Source: Actinomycetes bacterium (GTDB lineage Bacteria > Actinomycetota > Actinomycetes > Nanopelagicales > Nanopelagicaceae). Taken from it: a DNA stretch of 40,191 bases. The first letter of the stretch is position 1. The number at the start of each line of letters is the position of its first letter. The DNA is taken from positions 1 through 40,191 of the forward strand of contig JAYVUF010000302.1 in assembly GCA_043788135.1 (NCBI GenBank), written 5' to 3'. The notes under the pieces were generated by a model, which saw only the letters and a program-made list of their open reading frames with translations, searched no databases and was not told the DNA's origin. Shown piece by piece: positions 1 to 8,977 of this stretch. The position numbers and the translations under genes are program-made.

Positions 1-99
1 AGTCAGCTAGTGTTGAACGGACTATTGCACTTTCTGATAAGATTAATCCAACTTTTAGTGAATCAGCTTCTTTGTATGGATCAAATCTTGGATGGCAAA
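1..99. repeat. Left copy of a 99-bp terminal direct overlap (identical to 40093-40191), which closes the window into a 40,092-bp circle
   Basis: Read directly: agtcagctagtgttgaacgg...tcaaatcttggatggcaaa is present at both ends. 40092 is divisible by 3, and the ORF running off the right end continues in frame into 1-686. Confidence 0.95.
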
Positions 100-686
100 C
101 CACAGTATTTCCATCTCTTAACATGGTCTTGGTAAATGTTCCAGCTTACATAGGCACAGCTTCCTACCAATATGTAATGAACTCCACCAGCCAAGCCTGG
201 TGTCGATTTACTGATTGGAATGCTTCTTGTTTTTTTGTATGGAATTCTCGCCTTTTCTATGGGAGCGAGACTACAGTAGTCGAGGCGTATGTAGGGAGTT
301 CCGATAATAGTGCCTATATAACAGGGGTAGCCCTTACCGCCTATACCTATTTGAAAGCTCCGGGGCGCATTAAACACTTTAAGTTGATTCGCCCTATGCT
401 TCAAATCACCGGCTCCTATGATATGTATATTGGTGTAGCTACAGATTTTGATGAGTCTGTAGATTATAGCCTTATTCCAGCTTCCCTTGCTGGGGGGTCT
501 TTGTGGGACGTAGCTTTGTGGGATGTGGGGATGTGGGGAGGGGGCCCTGTTGTCGTAAAACGGTGGAACTCTGTTAGCGTAAATGATGGATTTGCAGTGG
601 CCGCAAAATTGCAAATCCGAACCCAAACTTCTCAAGTATCTTGGCAATCTACAGATTACATTTATGAAAAAGGGGGTATGTTATGA
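1..686 (+). CDS. C-terminal part of a 519-aa virion/tail protein that starts at 39219 and crosses the circle junction (nozzle / tail-tubular-B-like position)
   Basis: Open frame from base 3 to TGA 684-686, in the same frame as 39219-40191 once the overlap is collapsed. It lies between the adaptor-like gene and the internal-virion-protein genes, as in T7-type order. I can name no motif. Confidence 0.6.
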   Translation, partial: SASVERTIALSDKINPTFSESASLYGSNLGWQTTVFPSLNMVLVNVPAYIGTASYQYVMNSTSQAWCRFTDWNASCFFVWNSRLFYGSETTVVEAYVGSSDNSAYITGVALTAYTYLKAPGRIKHFKLIRPMLQITGSYDMYIGVATDFDESVDYSLIPASLAGGSLWDVALWDVGMWGGGPVVVKRWNSVSVNDGFAVAAKLQIRTQTSQVSWQSTDYIYEKGGML

Positions 687-1117
687 GCCTTCTTTGCCAT
701 CAGCACAATCGGGTGGGTGCTTGGGTTATGGAAAGGACGGATTCGGACTGGTTTGCAGGCCGTGGAACAACTCTCGGCCTTCTCGATTCAAAAGGGAATT
801 TAGCAGCAGGTTGCGTTTTTGAAAACTACAACGGTTCTCACATGTTCATTCATGCGGCCTCTCGTCCCGGAGCCGTAACGAAGGAGTTTCTCCATGCGTG
901 CTTCCATTTCTGCTTCATTGAAAATCATTGCCTCCGCGTCAGTTGTGTGGTGGATGAATCTAATGCAGTTTGTCAAAGATTTGTACTTAGTGTGGGCTGG
1001 TCCGAAGACGTAAGACTGGTCAGTGCTGGACTTCATGGGAGGGATTTGTTGGTCTATAAAATGATCCCATCCGATTGTAAATGGCTTACAGAGGATGAAA
1101 AGAATGGGATCGTCTAG
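683..1117 (+). CDS. GNAT-like N-acetyltransferase (144 aa)
   Basis: ATGA overlap with the upstream stop. The pattern FENYNGSHMFIHAASRPGAVTKEFLHACFHFCF...RVSCVVDESNAVCQRFVLSVGWSEDVRL...GRDLLVYKM matches the usual GNAT core and C-terminal N..a.r....GF..eG layout. Confidence 0.5.
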   Translation: MSLLCHQHNRVGAWVMERTDSDWFAGRGTTLGLLDSKGNLAAGCVFENYNGSHMFIHAASRPGAVTKEFLHACFHFCFIENHCLRVSCVVDESNAVCQRFVLSVGWSEDVRLVSAGLHGRDLLVYKMIPSDCKWLTEDEKNGIV

Positions 1118-1949
1118 CGCTCCAAAAACCCCCGATTACACTAGTGCTGCCCAGCAACAGGGGCAAGCTGATATGAGCATCGCTCAATATTTGACTAGTG
1201 CCAATAGGCCTAACCAGATAGATCCTTATGGGCAAACTACTTGGACTCAATCTAATGGTGCCGGGTATAATGAGGCAGCGGCCGCAGTGGATCGTTTCGG
1301 TTCCTTGGGTCTAGTTGACGGGACTGCCGCTGCCGATATGGCTAAATTGGTTGCAGCTCGAGATGCCCTAAAAGGTAGTCAGTGGACCCAAACGACTACC
1401 TTCAGCCCTGAACAACAAAAACTCCTAGAACAGCAACAAAATCTCAAGGGTTTACAGAACAATCGCACGGAAGACTTGCTAAAGAATTTCAATCCGAGCC
1501 AAGGCACTATCAGTGATGATATCTATAAGTCTATTGCAGGTCGGTATGATGAAAGATTTGCCAAGGACGAGGCCTCTACTCGGGCCGCTTTAGCCAATCA
1601 GGGGTTTCAAGTTGGTTCGGAAGGTTTCGATCAAGGTTTGACTAATTTCAATCGAAGCAAGAATGATGCGTATGGGGATGCTGCGACTCAGGCCAAAATT
1701 TCAGGCTTGAGCCAATATAATACAGAAATGGGTTATTTGGCGCAGTTGCTTGGAGGGGTTCAAGGGCCTACCAGCCCTCAATATCAGCCATATTCGCAAG
1801 CCACTCCTTATCAGTCTCCTGACCTATTAGGCGCAATGCAGGGACAATACCAAGGGGACTTGAATTCCTCTAATGCTAAGAACGCCCAGAAAGGTCAAAC
1901 TATGGCTACCGTAGGGACCGTTGCCGCTGCTGCTGCGGTTGCTTTCTGA
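1104..1949 (+). CDS. Q/G/A-rich internal virion (ejection) protein candidate, 281 aa, with a hydrophobic C-terminus
   Basis: ATG 1104 lies 9 nt after GAGG (1091-1094); the track start at 1095 overlaps that SD. Composition is low-complexity Q/G/Y/P and the C-terminus reads MATVGTVAAAAAVAF. Its position matches T7 gp13/14-type genes. Confidence 0.5.
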   Translation: MGSSSAPKTPDYTSAAQQQGQADMSIAQYLTSANRPNQIDPYGQTTWTQSNGAGYNEAAAAVDRFGSLGLVDGTAAADMAKLVAARDALKGSQWTQTTTFSPEQQKLLEQQQNLKGLQNNRTEDLLKNFNPSQGTISDDIYKSIAGRYDERFAKDEASTRAALANQGFQVGSEGFDQGLTNFNRSKNDAYGDAATQAKISGLSQYNTEMGYLAQLLGGVQGPTSPQYQPYSQATPYQSPDLLGAMQGQYQGDLNSSNAKNAQKGQTMATVGTVAAAAAVAF

Positions 1950-2677
1950 TGAATACTCAAGCCTTGGAAGCATTCCTCAGCCGTCACAAAGTGATAGCCC
2001 TTCAATTCAGCGCCGGAAAGGACTCCGCTGCTTGTCTGAAATTACTGACCCCTTATCTGGACCAAATTGTAGTTTTATGGGCTAATAGTGGAAATGCCTA
2101 TCCTGAAACTATTGCCTATATGGATGAAATCTACTCCAAAGTTCCCCACTTTGTAGAGGTAAATGGTGAACAGCCGAGTTGGGTTATTAACCATGGAATG
2201 CCAGTGGACGTTGTTCCAGTAAGTGCCTCGACTTTCAAGTCCCAAATGCACGGAAGGGATGTCCCACTTCTTCAACCCTTCAATCAATGTTGTTCCAAGA
2301 ATTTATGGCAACCAATGGCCGACTGGATGATTCAAAACGGAATTACTGGACTAATTCGTGGTCAGAAAAATTGTGATGCCCTTTCTCCACCTTATAAAAG
2401 TGGGGACATACTCGGAAACATTGAGTTCTTCCATCCGATAGAGGACTGGTCCAATGAACAAGTTTTCGATTTTCTTGGTGATGGCGTGCCTGATTCTTAT
2501 AAGCGCGGATTGCCTTCCTCACTGGATTGTATGGACTGTACCGCTTACGTGAAGGAGAATAAAGGGAGGTTGGCAGATCTTGAACTGATCTACCCTCCGG
2601 CTGCCCAACGAATTCGCTCTATTCACTCTTTTTTGAAAGAAGAATTGTCCAGTCATTTGAACGACTTGGAGGCTTGA
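1949..2677 (+). CDS. PAPS/APS-reductase-family PP-loop protein (242 aa)
   Basis: PP-loop LQFSAGKDS, a CC pair (FNQCCSKNLWQPM) and CxxC (SSLDCMDCTAY), as in Fe-S APS reductases. TGATG coupling to the upstream gene. Confidence 0.7.
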   Translation: MNTQALEAFLSRHKVIALQFSAGKDSAACLKLLTPYLDQIVVLWANSGNAYPETIAYMDEIYSKVPHFVEVNGEQPSWVINHGMPVDVVPVSASTFKSQMHGRDVPLLQPFNQCCSKNLWQPMADWMIQNGITGLIRGQKNCDALSPPYKSGDILGNIEFFHPIEDWSNEQVFDFLGDGVPDSYKRGLPSSLDCMDCTAYVKENKGRLADLELIYPPAAQRIRSIHSFLKEELSSHLNDLEA

Positions 2678-2678
2678 A

Positions 2679-3872
2679 ATGGCTACTAATGAGTATGATA
2701 TTGCGCAAGGGACGATAGGCCGTCAGAGAGGGTTGATTGACGCCCTGACTCAACAAAGTCTGACTCCATCAAAAGGGCAAATGGTTGGGCAAGTTTATGT
2801 AGGGCCTAGTTTGTTGGACGCTTTGAGCAAGCCTTTAATGGCCCTTGCAGCAAACTATGCAGGCGGGAATTTAGACAAGGAAGAATTAGCTAACTCTCAA
2901 GCAAGGCAAGGTGCTCTTGTCGAGGCTTTGAGTGGGTTGCAAAATCAACCAGGTTCGCCAGGTTTTACAACCGAGGCTTTAGGTAGTCAATTTCCTGAAT
3001 TACAAAAAGCAGGCATGGCCAATCTTGCTGCACAACTTAGTCCGAGGGCTCAAGAATCCTACACGGCCCCGACAATGGACGCTAGTGGTAACTTGGTTCA
3101 ATTCAGTAATCGAGGCAGTGTGAAAAATACAGGAATTCAAGGCTATGTCAAACCGGATAATCAATTGAAGATCGTTCAAAATGCTGATGGGACTCAATCA
3201 TATGCCTCGATTGATGCCAATACTGGAGCTTCTAAAGTTATTCCTGGAGAAGCCTATGTCCGACCCGCAGCCCAAACAAATATCAACAACAATATGCCTA
3301 AACAAGAGGGTCAGTTCGGTAAAACTCTTGGGCAGAAGGATGCTGAAAGGTATGATGCTTCCAATACCGTTTTGCAGAACGAGGCTAAAACTCAAGCTAC
3401 AATTGGTAGACTTCAAGCATTGGAAAATGAGCCGATGTTTAGAGGTGGAGCTGCCCCTCTTATCAATAAGTTAACTTCCATAGCTTCGACCTTTGGCCTG
3501 AACCCGACGCCTGAAGAATCCGCCAATGCTGAGAAATTACAAGCCTTGGTGGAAAGTTCCATCGTGGACCTTATTAAGGAAGGTGGGCGAGGGATTACGG
3601 ATGAAGATGCTCGGAGACAAGCCAACACAATGGCTAATCAGATGCTGACTCCGGGTGGCGCCGTGAAGGTTCGAGAGCAGATGTCTAATATTAGCAATCA
3701 AAATGTTCGGCAGGCCAAGGCTGTTCAAGGGTATTTGCGTAATAGGTATCCTGATGCGTTTCCAGCCTCTAGTGGGCAGCAGTCTGCGCCTCAGGCTGGT
3801 GATGTGATGGACGGATATCAATTCCAAGGAGGTGATCCATCAGATCCAGGTTCGTGGAGGAAAGCGCCATGA
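2679..3872 (+). CDS. Internal virion protein candidate (397 aa)
   Basis: Long intact ORF between PP-loop gene and SLT protein, coupled to the next gene by ATGA. Q/A/N/G-rich sequence. Function assigned from position only. Confidence 0.45.
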   Translation: MATNEYDIAQGTIGRQRGLIDALTQQSLTPSKGQMVGQVYVGPSLLDALSKPLMALAANYAGGNLDKEELANSQARQGALVEALSGLQNQPGSPGFTTEALGSQFPELQKAGMANLAAQLSPRAQESYTAPTMDASGNLVQFSNRGSVKNTGIQGYVKPDNQLKIVQNADGTQSYASIDANTGASKVIPGEAYVRPAAQTNINNNMPKQEGQFGKTLGQKDAERYDASNTVLQNEAKTQATIGRLQALENEPMFRGGAAPLINKLTSIASTFGLNPTPEESANAEKLQALVESSIVDLIKEGGRGITDEDARRQANTMANQMLTPGGAVKVREQMSNISNQNVRQAKAVQGYLRNRYPDAFPASSGQQSAPQAGDVMDGYQFQGGDPSDPGSWRKAP

Positions 3873-6346
3873 ATGGCCCATGGGAAAAATTCCAATCTAC
3901 CCCCCAGCCTTCGCAGTCTTCGCAGGACCAGGAAGGACCTTGGACCAAATTCAAACAATCAGCCCCTGTTAGTGATGATTTATGGGGGAGGTTGGAAACT
4001 CAAGAGTCTGGTGGGAACCAGAGTGCTGTTAGTCCCAAGGGGGCAATCGGTGTGGCACAAGTGATGCCGGGAACCGCTCCTGAGGCTGCTGCTCTCGCCG
4101 GACTACCCTTTGACGAGTCCGCTTACAAAGGTGACGCAGACTACAATCGTAAGTTGGGTCAGGCGTATTTGAGAAAACAGCAAGACACTTTCGGAGACAC
4201 TCGGCTCGCCCTTGCCGCTTACAATGCAGGGCCGGGAAAAGTGGCCCAAACCTTGGAAAAAGTAGGAGACCCTCGCAATGGCCAAGTTTCTTGGGATAAA
4301 TTCATGGATGCCATGCCGGAAGAAACTAGAAATTATGTAAGGAAGATCAACGGGACTTGGAGCGTTAAGGATGGGGCAGTTCAGGATGTTAAAGAGGGGG
4401 GAAGAATTGCCGCAAGCGGGATTAAGTCAGGCTTAGGCTCGATTCCCCAGGGCTTGAGCGCTGGTTTGAAGAGTGCGTCCGATTGGGGTTCTTACGCGGA
4501 AGACAAGCTTGGGATTCCAGGTGTTCCTGGGTTGCAAGATCTTCCGGCGCCTACCGAATTACTTAAAGAGGCCACTGACTACCTTTTCAAACCCCGTGAA
4601 TATGAAGTTCCTCAGACTGAAGAAGGCAAAGGGGCCGCAAGAATTCTAGGAAGCGCAATTGCCGGAGCTGTGAGTCCAGGATCTTTGGCTACCAATCTTA
4701 GTCTTGGAACCGCTGCTGGGATTGGCAGTGAAGTTGGGGCGAAGGCTGGCCAGCAATTCGGGCCAAATGGAGAACAGATTGGAGCTGTTGTAGGTTCATT
4801 GGCTGGAGGTCTTGCCCCTGGAGTCTTGGAAAAGGCTGGAAGTATTGGGGGGAAATTTATAGGAGCTAATCCTAAAGGGAGACTTGCCTCTGATGCTCTT
4901 GATGGCGTGAGTGATTTGCAGCTTCAGATTGCTAAGGAAAGGATGATTCAGGCTCGTGAGCAGGGTGTTAATTTGACTTTGGCTCAAGCAACTCCCGATC
5001 AAACTGGGATTGACGAGTTGCAAGATTTGCTAGTGAAGACTCGTGCCGGGGGGCCACTTGCAGCTCAACTCAGGGCTCAGCCGGGGGAAATCGCTAATGC
5101 TTCCGAAGCAGCTTTGAAAACGCTTCCAGGGCAAGCCAAAGGTACTCAGGAAATCGCTAATCAAAGTCAAAAAGCTGCGGATGAGGCTTTACAGGTTCTT
5201 CGGCAGGAACGTACTGCGGCAACGAAACCTTTGTATGAACAAGCCGGAGACATGCCCGTCGATTCTGTCCGCAAGCTTGCTTTGCAACTCAAACGAGAAG
5301 CCAAGAAATATCCAAACACGGATGCAGGCCGGAGATTGGATGATTTAGCAAACAGTCTGTATACAGAAAAACCTCTCTTTAACCCTGCTGGCGAACAGAT
5401 CGAGGTTAAGAAAGTTCCAATTACAAACATGAATCAACTTAATGGGATTCTGGGTGATGCTAAGTCGGACTTGGGTCGGATTACGAACACAAAACCACAA
5501 GCGGATCGAAGGACTTCCGGTATTCTCAGTGAGCAGATTGGTAAGATAAAACAACAAATGGCTGATAGTTCTGATGAATTCAGATTGGCCGAACAGACCT
5601 ACGCTAAAATGTCAAAGGATATTGTTGATCCTGCTAAGCAAGGTCCGCTTTGGACCGTGGCCCAAAAGTCTGGTTATGATCCATCCAATCCAGCCTCTCG
5701 TACCAATTTGTATGGGATTTTTAACCGAGGAACAGCGACAGGCGGCCAGAGTGATATTCTGACCCTTCAGCGCGATATGGCTAAATCCAAAGATGGCAAA
5801 CAAGCCTTCATAGATGGAGTAGCTAGTTGGTTCGGAGATAAGCTTAATAAAGCCTCAAGATCTGAAGGTGGAGAATTGAAGCCTGACTTGGCTAAGAATA
5901 TTGAAGCTACTTTTTTTGGAACCGGAGATCAACGGAGAGGCGTGGAGGATATGCTGGCCGGAGTAGCAAAGGCTCAAGGAGTTGATGAATCTACTATCGT
6001 CAAAGGTATGGAGAACTGGGCTCAGACAGTCAAGCTTGCTGCTAAGCGCCCTTCTAGTGCTCAAGGAACTTCTGCCCAAGAAATCCAAGAAGGTACAAAA
6101 ACTGGATTTGCTAAAGCTGCCGGTATAAACGTTATTACTCCTCTGAGAGGTACTTTTCGCAAGATTGATGAGTCAATTAACAAAAATGCCTATGCACATA
6201 TTAGTAAGCTTCTTCAGACTCCAGAAGGCATTGAGACTCTTAAAAAACTTGCCCGAGTCAAGCCCGGTTCGTTTACCAGTCAGACCCTTTTATCAAGATT
6301 TAATTCCACCATTCAAGCGGAACAATCTTCCGCAGAAGAGGAGTAA
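3869..6346 (+). CDS. Internal virion protein with an N-terminal lytic transglycosylase (SLT) domain, 825 aa
   Basis: ETQESGGNQSAVSPKGAIGVAQVMPGT...LAAYNAGPGKV is the classic SLT E-S / GxxQ / AYNAG signature. ATG 3869 follows GGAGGAAAGCGCC. Size and position resemble T7 gp16. Confidence 0.8.
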   Translation: MNGPWEKFQSTPQPSQSSQDQEGPWTKFKQSAPVSDDLWGRLETQESGGNQSAVSPKGAIGVAQVMPGTAPEAAALAGLPFDESAYKGDADYNRKLGQAYLRKQQDTFGDTRLALAAYNAGPGKVAQTLEKVGDPRNGQVSWDKFMDAMPEETRNYVRKINGTWSVKDGAVQDVKEGGRIAASGIKSGLGSIPQGLSAGLKSASDWGSYAEDKLGIPGVPGLQDLPAPTELLKEATDYLFKPREYEVPQTEEGKGAARILGSAIAGAVSPGSLATNLSLGTAAGIGSEVGAKAGQQFGPNGEQIGAVVGSLAGGLAPGVLEKAGSIGGKFIGANPKGRLASDALDGVSDLQLQIAKERMIQAREQGVNLTLAQATPDQTGIDELQDLLVKTRAGGPLAAQLRAQPGEIANASEAALKTLPGQAKGTQEIANQSQKAADEALQVLRQERTAATKPLYEQAGDMPVDSVRKLALQLKREAKKYPNTDAGRRLDDLANSLYTEKPLFNPAGEQIEVKKVPITNMNQLNGILGDAKSDLGRITNTKPQADRRTSGILSEQIGKIKQQMADSSDEFRLAEQTYAKMSKDIVDPAKQGPLWTVAQKSGYDPSNPASRTNLYGIFNRGTATGGQSDILTLQRDMAKSKDGKQAFIDGVASWFGDKLNKASRSEGGELKPDLAKNIEATFFGTGDQRRGVEDMLAGVAKAQGVDESTIVKGMENWAQTVKLAAKRPSSAQGTSAQEIQEGTKTGFAKAAGINVITPLRGTFRKIDESINKNAYAHISKLLQTPEGIETLKKLARVKPGSFTSQTLLSRFNSTIQAEQSSAEEE

Positions 6347-6351
6347 ACGTC

Positions 6352-7794
6352 ATGCCTTTTAATGGTTCAGGAACTTTTGTCAGTCTTGCTCCTCCAGATT
6401 TTCCTGCCCTTCCGTTTACAACCATTTTAGCAAGTTCTTTCAATGCTAATTTGAATGATATCTTTACCAATGGATTGACCAAGTGTTTGACAAGGGATGG
6501 GCAATCAACTCCTACTGCTAACTTACCTATGGCAGGGTTTAAGCTGACTGGGTTGAGTAATGGGGTTGCCGATACTGATTCCGCAGCTTTGGGGCAAACT
6601 GTTGCCGCTAGAGGTTCAATAGGGGCAGTAGATTGGGATACTCGAACCGGTATTGGGGTTTTTGAGGGAACCGCAGCTTCTCTCACTGGCCCGGCTGCTA
6701 ATTTTCCTCCTACTAGCGATCTAGGCCAACTAGTAGTCTTGGCTCAGGGGGCAGTTATCGAGCAACTTTATTACACTGGATTCGTCTTCTACTCCCGAAG
6801 AAAGTTGGCCGGGGTTTGGTCTTCTTGGGTTACATTTGCAGCTTCTAAGCAAGTTCAGTCTATTACTGCAACAGTTGCAGCCAATGCTTTGACTTTTACC
6901 TTTCAGCCTACTTCTTTGGACTTTCGTTCTACTACGGCAGGTTCTGGCGCAACTACCAGTGTGACCAATTCTTCGGTATTGACCCTTACTGTTCCTAGCA
7001 CTGCCACTCTCGGTACAGTAAATGCCGTGGCTAGTCGAATCGCTTTGTTAGCTATCAACAACGCAGGGACTATGGAACTGGCGGTTATTAATGCCTTCGG
7101 TGGATTTAGTTTTGATGAAACTGGAATTATCTCCACTACGATCTTGAATGGTTCGTCTACGTCAGCGGGAGTTGCTTATTCAACTACGGCAAGGGCTAAT
7201 GTGGCTTACAGGGTTGTCGGGTTTGCTGATTCTACTCAAGCTACTGCCGGTACTTGGGTTTCAAGCCCAACTCTTACCCAAGGCCAGGGAGGACAAGCCC
7301 TAGTCAATTTTGCAAAAATTACCCGCTCTATTTCTAAACCTACAACTTCAGGTACATCGGTAGATTTTGCCGGGGCTGTGTATGCGGGAGTTAAGCAATT
7401 AACAGTTACGCTGAATGCGGTTAGTACAAACGGGACTAGTCTGTTGTTGGTTCAGTTGGGAGTAGCTTCAACCCCTGAGACTACAGGGTATACAAGTAGC
7501 GTGTTGGGAGGGGCTTCCGGTAACGTCCTTACTGGGGCAACAAGCACTTCTGGATTCTTGGTTACGATAGTGGTGACAGCCGCTACTTCTGTTACGGCTT
7601 CTTTTACCTTGACCAACACTGAAGGGAATATTTGGATAGCAAGCGGGACAGGAGGAACTACGGGGAGCAGTACTTCGGCATTTATTAATGGCGGGAAAAC
7701 TCTGGCTGGAGTTCTGGATTCCATCCGAATCACAACCGTTAACGGCATTGACACTTTCGACTCTGGGTCGGCTAACATTACTTTTATAGGATGA
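6352..7794 (+). CDS. Tail fibre protein (480 aa)
   Basis: The N-terminus MPFNGSGTF...ILASSFNANLNDIFTNGLTKCLTRDGQSTPTANLPMAGFKLTGLSNGVADTDSAALGQ matches the widely conserved podovirus/siphovirus fibre N-terminal domain. The rest is T/S/G/A-rich and beta-like. RBS GAGGAG. Confidence 0.75.
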   Translation: MPFNGSGTFVSLAPPDFPALPFTTILASSFNANLNDIFTNGLTKCLTRDGQSTPTANLPMAGFKLTGLSNGVADTDSAALGQTVAARGSIGAVDWDTRTGIGVFEGTAASLTGPAANFPPTSDLGQLVVLAQGAVIEQLYYTGFVFYSRRKLAGVWSSWVTFAASKQVQSITATVAANALTFTFQPTSLDFRSTTAGSGATTSVTNSSVLTLTVPSTATLGTVNAVASRIALLAINNAGTMELAVINAFGGFSFDETGIISTTILNGSSTSAGVAYSTTARANVAYRVVGFADSTQATAGTWVSSPTLTQGQGGQALVNFAKITRSISKPTTSGTSVDFAGAVYAGVKQLTVTLNAVSTNGTSLLLVQLGVASTPETTGYTSSVLGGASGNVLTGATSTSGFLVTIVVTAATSVTASFTLTNTEGNIWIASGTGGTTGSSTSAFINGGKTLAGVLDSIRITTVNGIDTFDSGSANITFIG

Positions 7795-8246
7795 TTTTAA
7801 TGAATCTTTATCAGGATAGGGTGGAAAATGTAAGCTGGCTTCTGATAACCAATGGAGTTGTTTATGACTTTAAGGTGGTGTTTTCGGTTCCTATTACGGC
7901 CAAGGCAGGCGACATTATAGGGGTTACTTTTCGTACAGAGGTTACGAATCAGCAGGTTTATAATGTGGGAACCGGGTCTTACATCCTTTTGGGAAATTCC
8001 TCCACGGATACAATTATGAGCCCAAGTAAGTGCATCCTCCGACCTGCGGGGGAGAACGTAACGCCCGCAATGCATCACCAACTTATAGCAGGATCTTGTG
8101 GGCACCCCTTTGCGGAAGATTTTACAGGATTCGTTAATGTGGTTATTTATGCAGTTACGAATAGCCCGTCTGCAGGTCCTGGGGCCACTTTGACCGTAGA
8201 GCAGAATTACGGACAACTGGATGTATTTCATTACCCGTTGGTTTGA
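7791..8246 (+). CDS. Hypothetical protein downstream of the tail fibre (151 aa)
   Basis: ATGA overlap with the fibre stop. Intact ORF with no recognisable motif. Confidence 0.5.
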   Translation: MILMNLYQDRVENVSWLLITNGVVYDFKVVFSVPITAKAGDIIGVTFRTEVTNQQVYNVGTGSYILLGNSSTDTIMSPSKCILRPAGENVTPAMHHQLIAGSCGHPFAEDFTGFVNVVIYAVTNSPSAGPGATLTVEQNYGQLDVFHYPLV

Positions 8247-8258
8247 TAGGAGGAAAGT

Positions 8259-8456
8259 ATGAATCTGTCGGAGGAAGACTTGGATCGGATGTTAGAGCAT
8301 GCGGCTGAACGGGGTGCAGAGAAGGCTATTGAAAAATTGACTCAAGACGTCTACCAAGCCGTAGGGAAGAAAGTCGTTACAAAGCTTTGGCAGGTTCTTG
8401 GAGTTTGCGTAATAGGGTTTGTTCTTTGGGCTATCAAGCATGGGTGGTTTCAATGA
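8259..8456 (+). CDS. Small membrane protein with one C-terminal TM segment (holin/antiholin candidate, 65 aa)
   Basis: RBS AGGAGGA. Charged N-terminal helix followed by WQVLGVCVIGFVLWAIKHGW. ATGA-coupled to the endolysin gene. Confidence 0.5.
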   Translation: MNLSEEDLDRMLEHAAERGAEKAIEKLTQDVYQAVGKKVVTKLWQVLGVCVIGFVLWAIKHGWFQ

Positions 8457-8977
8457 AGATTGACTTTGAGACAGCGTTTGAGCGAGTTATAGGGCATGAG
8501 GGCGGGTTTCAGGCCAAAGCCTCCGACCGAGGGAATTGGACTTCCGGCGTGGTTGGTCAAGGTGAGTTAAAAGGAACCAAGTTCGGCATTAGTGCAATGT
8601 CATACCCTTTGCTTGATATCAAGAATCTTACCCTGGAACAAGCCAAAGGAATTTATTATGAAGACTGGTGGGTTAAACTTGGTATGGATTTATTTAAGCC
8701 TGCTCTTTCTTATCAGTTGTTTGATGCGGCGATTAACCATGGAATGGCGAATGCTACGAAGATGTTACAGCGTGGCATCGGGGTGCTGGATGACGGGAAG
8801 TTTGGTCCTGTTAGCCGGGCTAGTTTTGATAAGCTTCCATTGGATGATGTTTTGATGCTTTTTTTAAGCGAAAGGTTGAATTTTATGACCAATATTTCGA
8901 CTTGGAATGATTATGGAAAAGGTTGGGCCAAGCGAATTGCTTTGAATTTAAAATTGGCTGCGAGGGATACTGTATGA
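8453..8977 (+). CDS. Endolysin, GH108-type muramidase with a C-terminal peptidoglycan-binding domain (174 aa)
   Basis: FERVIGHEGGFQAKASDRGNWT (the GH108 EGG motif), followed by LQRGIGVLDDGKFGPVSRASF, which resembles PG_binding_3. The start is taken at ATG 8453, not the track's 8387. Confidence 0.8.
   Translation: MKIDFETAFERVIGHEGGFQAKASDRGNWTSGVVGQGELKGTKFGISAMSYPLLDIKNLTLEQAKGIYYEDWWVKLGMDLFKPALSYQLFDAAINHGMANATKMLQRGIGVLDDGKFGPVSRASFDKLPLDDVLMLFLSERLNFMTNISTWNDYGKGWAKRIALNLKLAARDTV

Noticed and set aside
81-647. Long antisense ORFs inside structural genes (81-647, 6300-6686, 7797-8231, 28354-28782, 35753-36322, 36383-36760, etc.)
   Set aside because: Each lies entirely within a longer, motif-supported gene on the opposite strand. 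They lack an RBS and have skewed composition.
6352-8246. Diversity-generating retroelement targeting the tail fibre (capsid/decoration genes recall BPP-1-like phages)
   Set aside because: I saw no reverse-transcriptase motif (YxDD) in any ORF, and I could find no template/variable repeat pair near the 3' end of the fibre or the downstream gene by eye.
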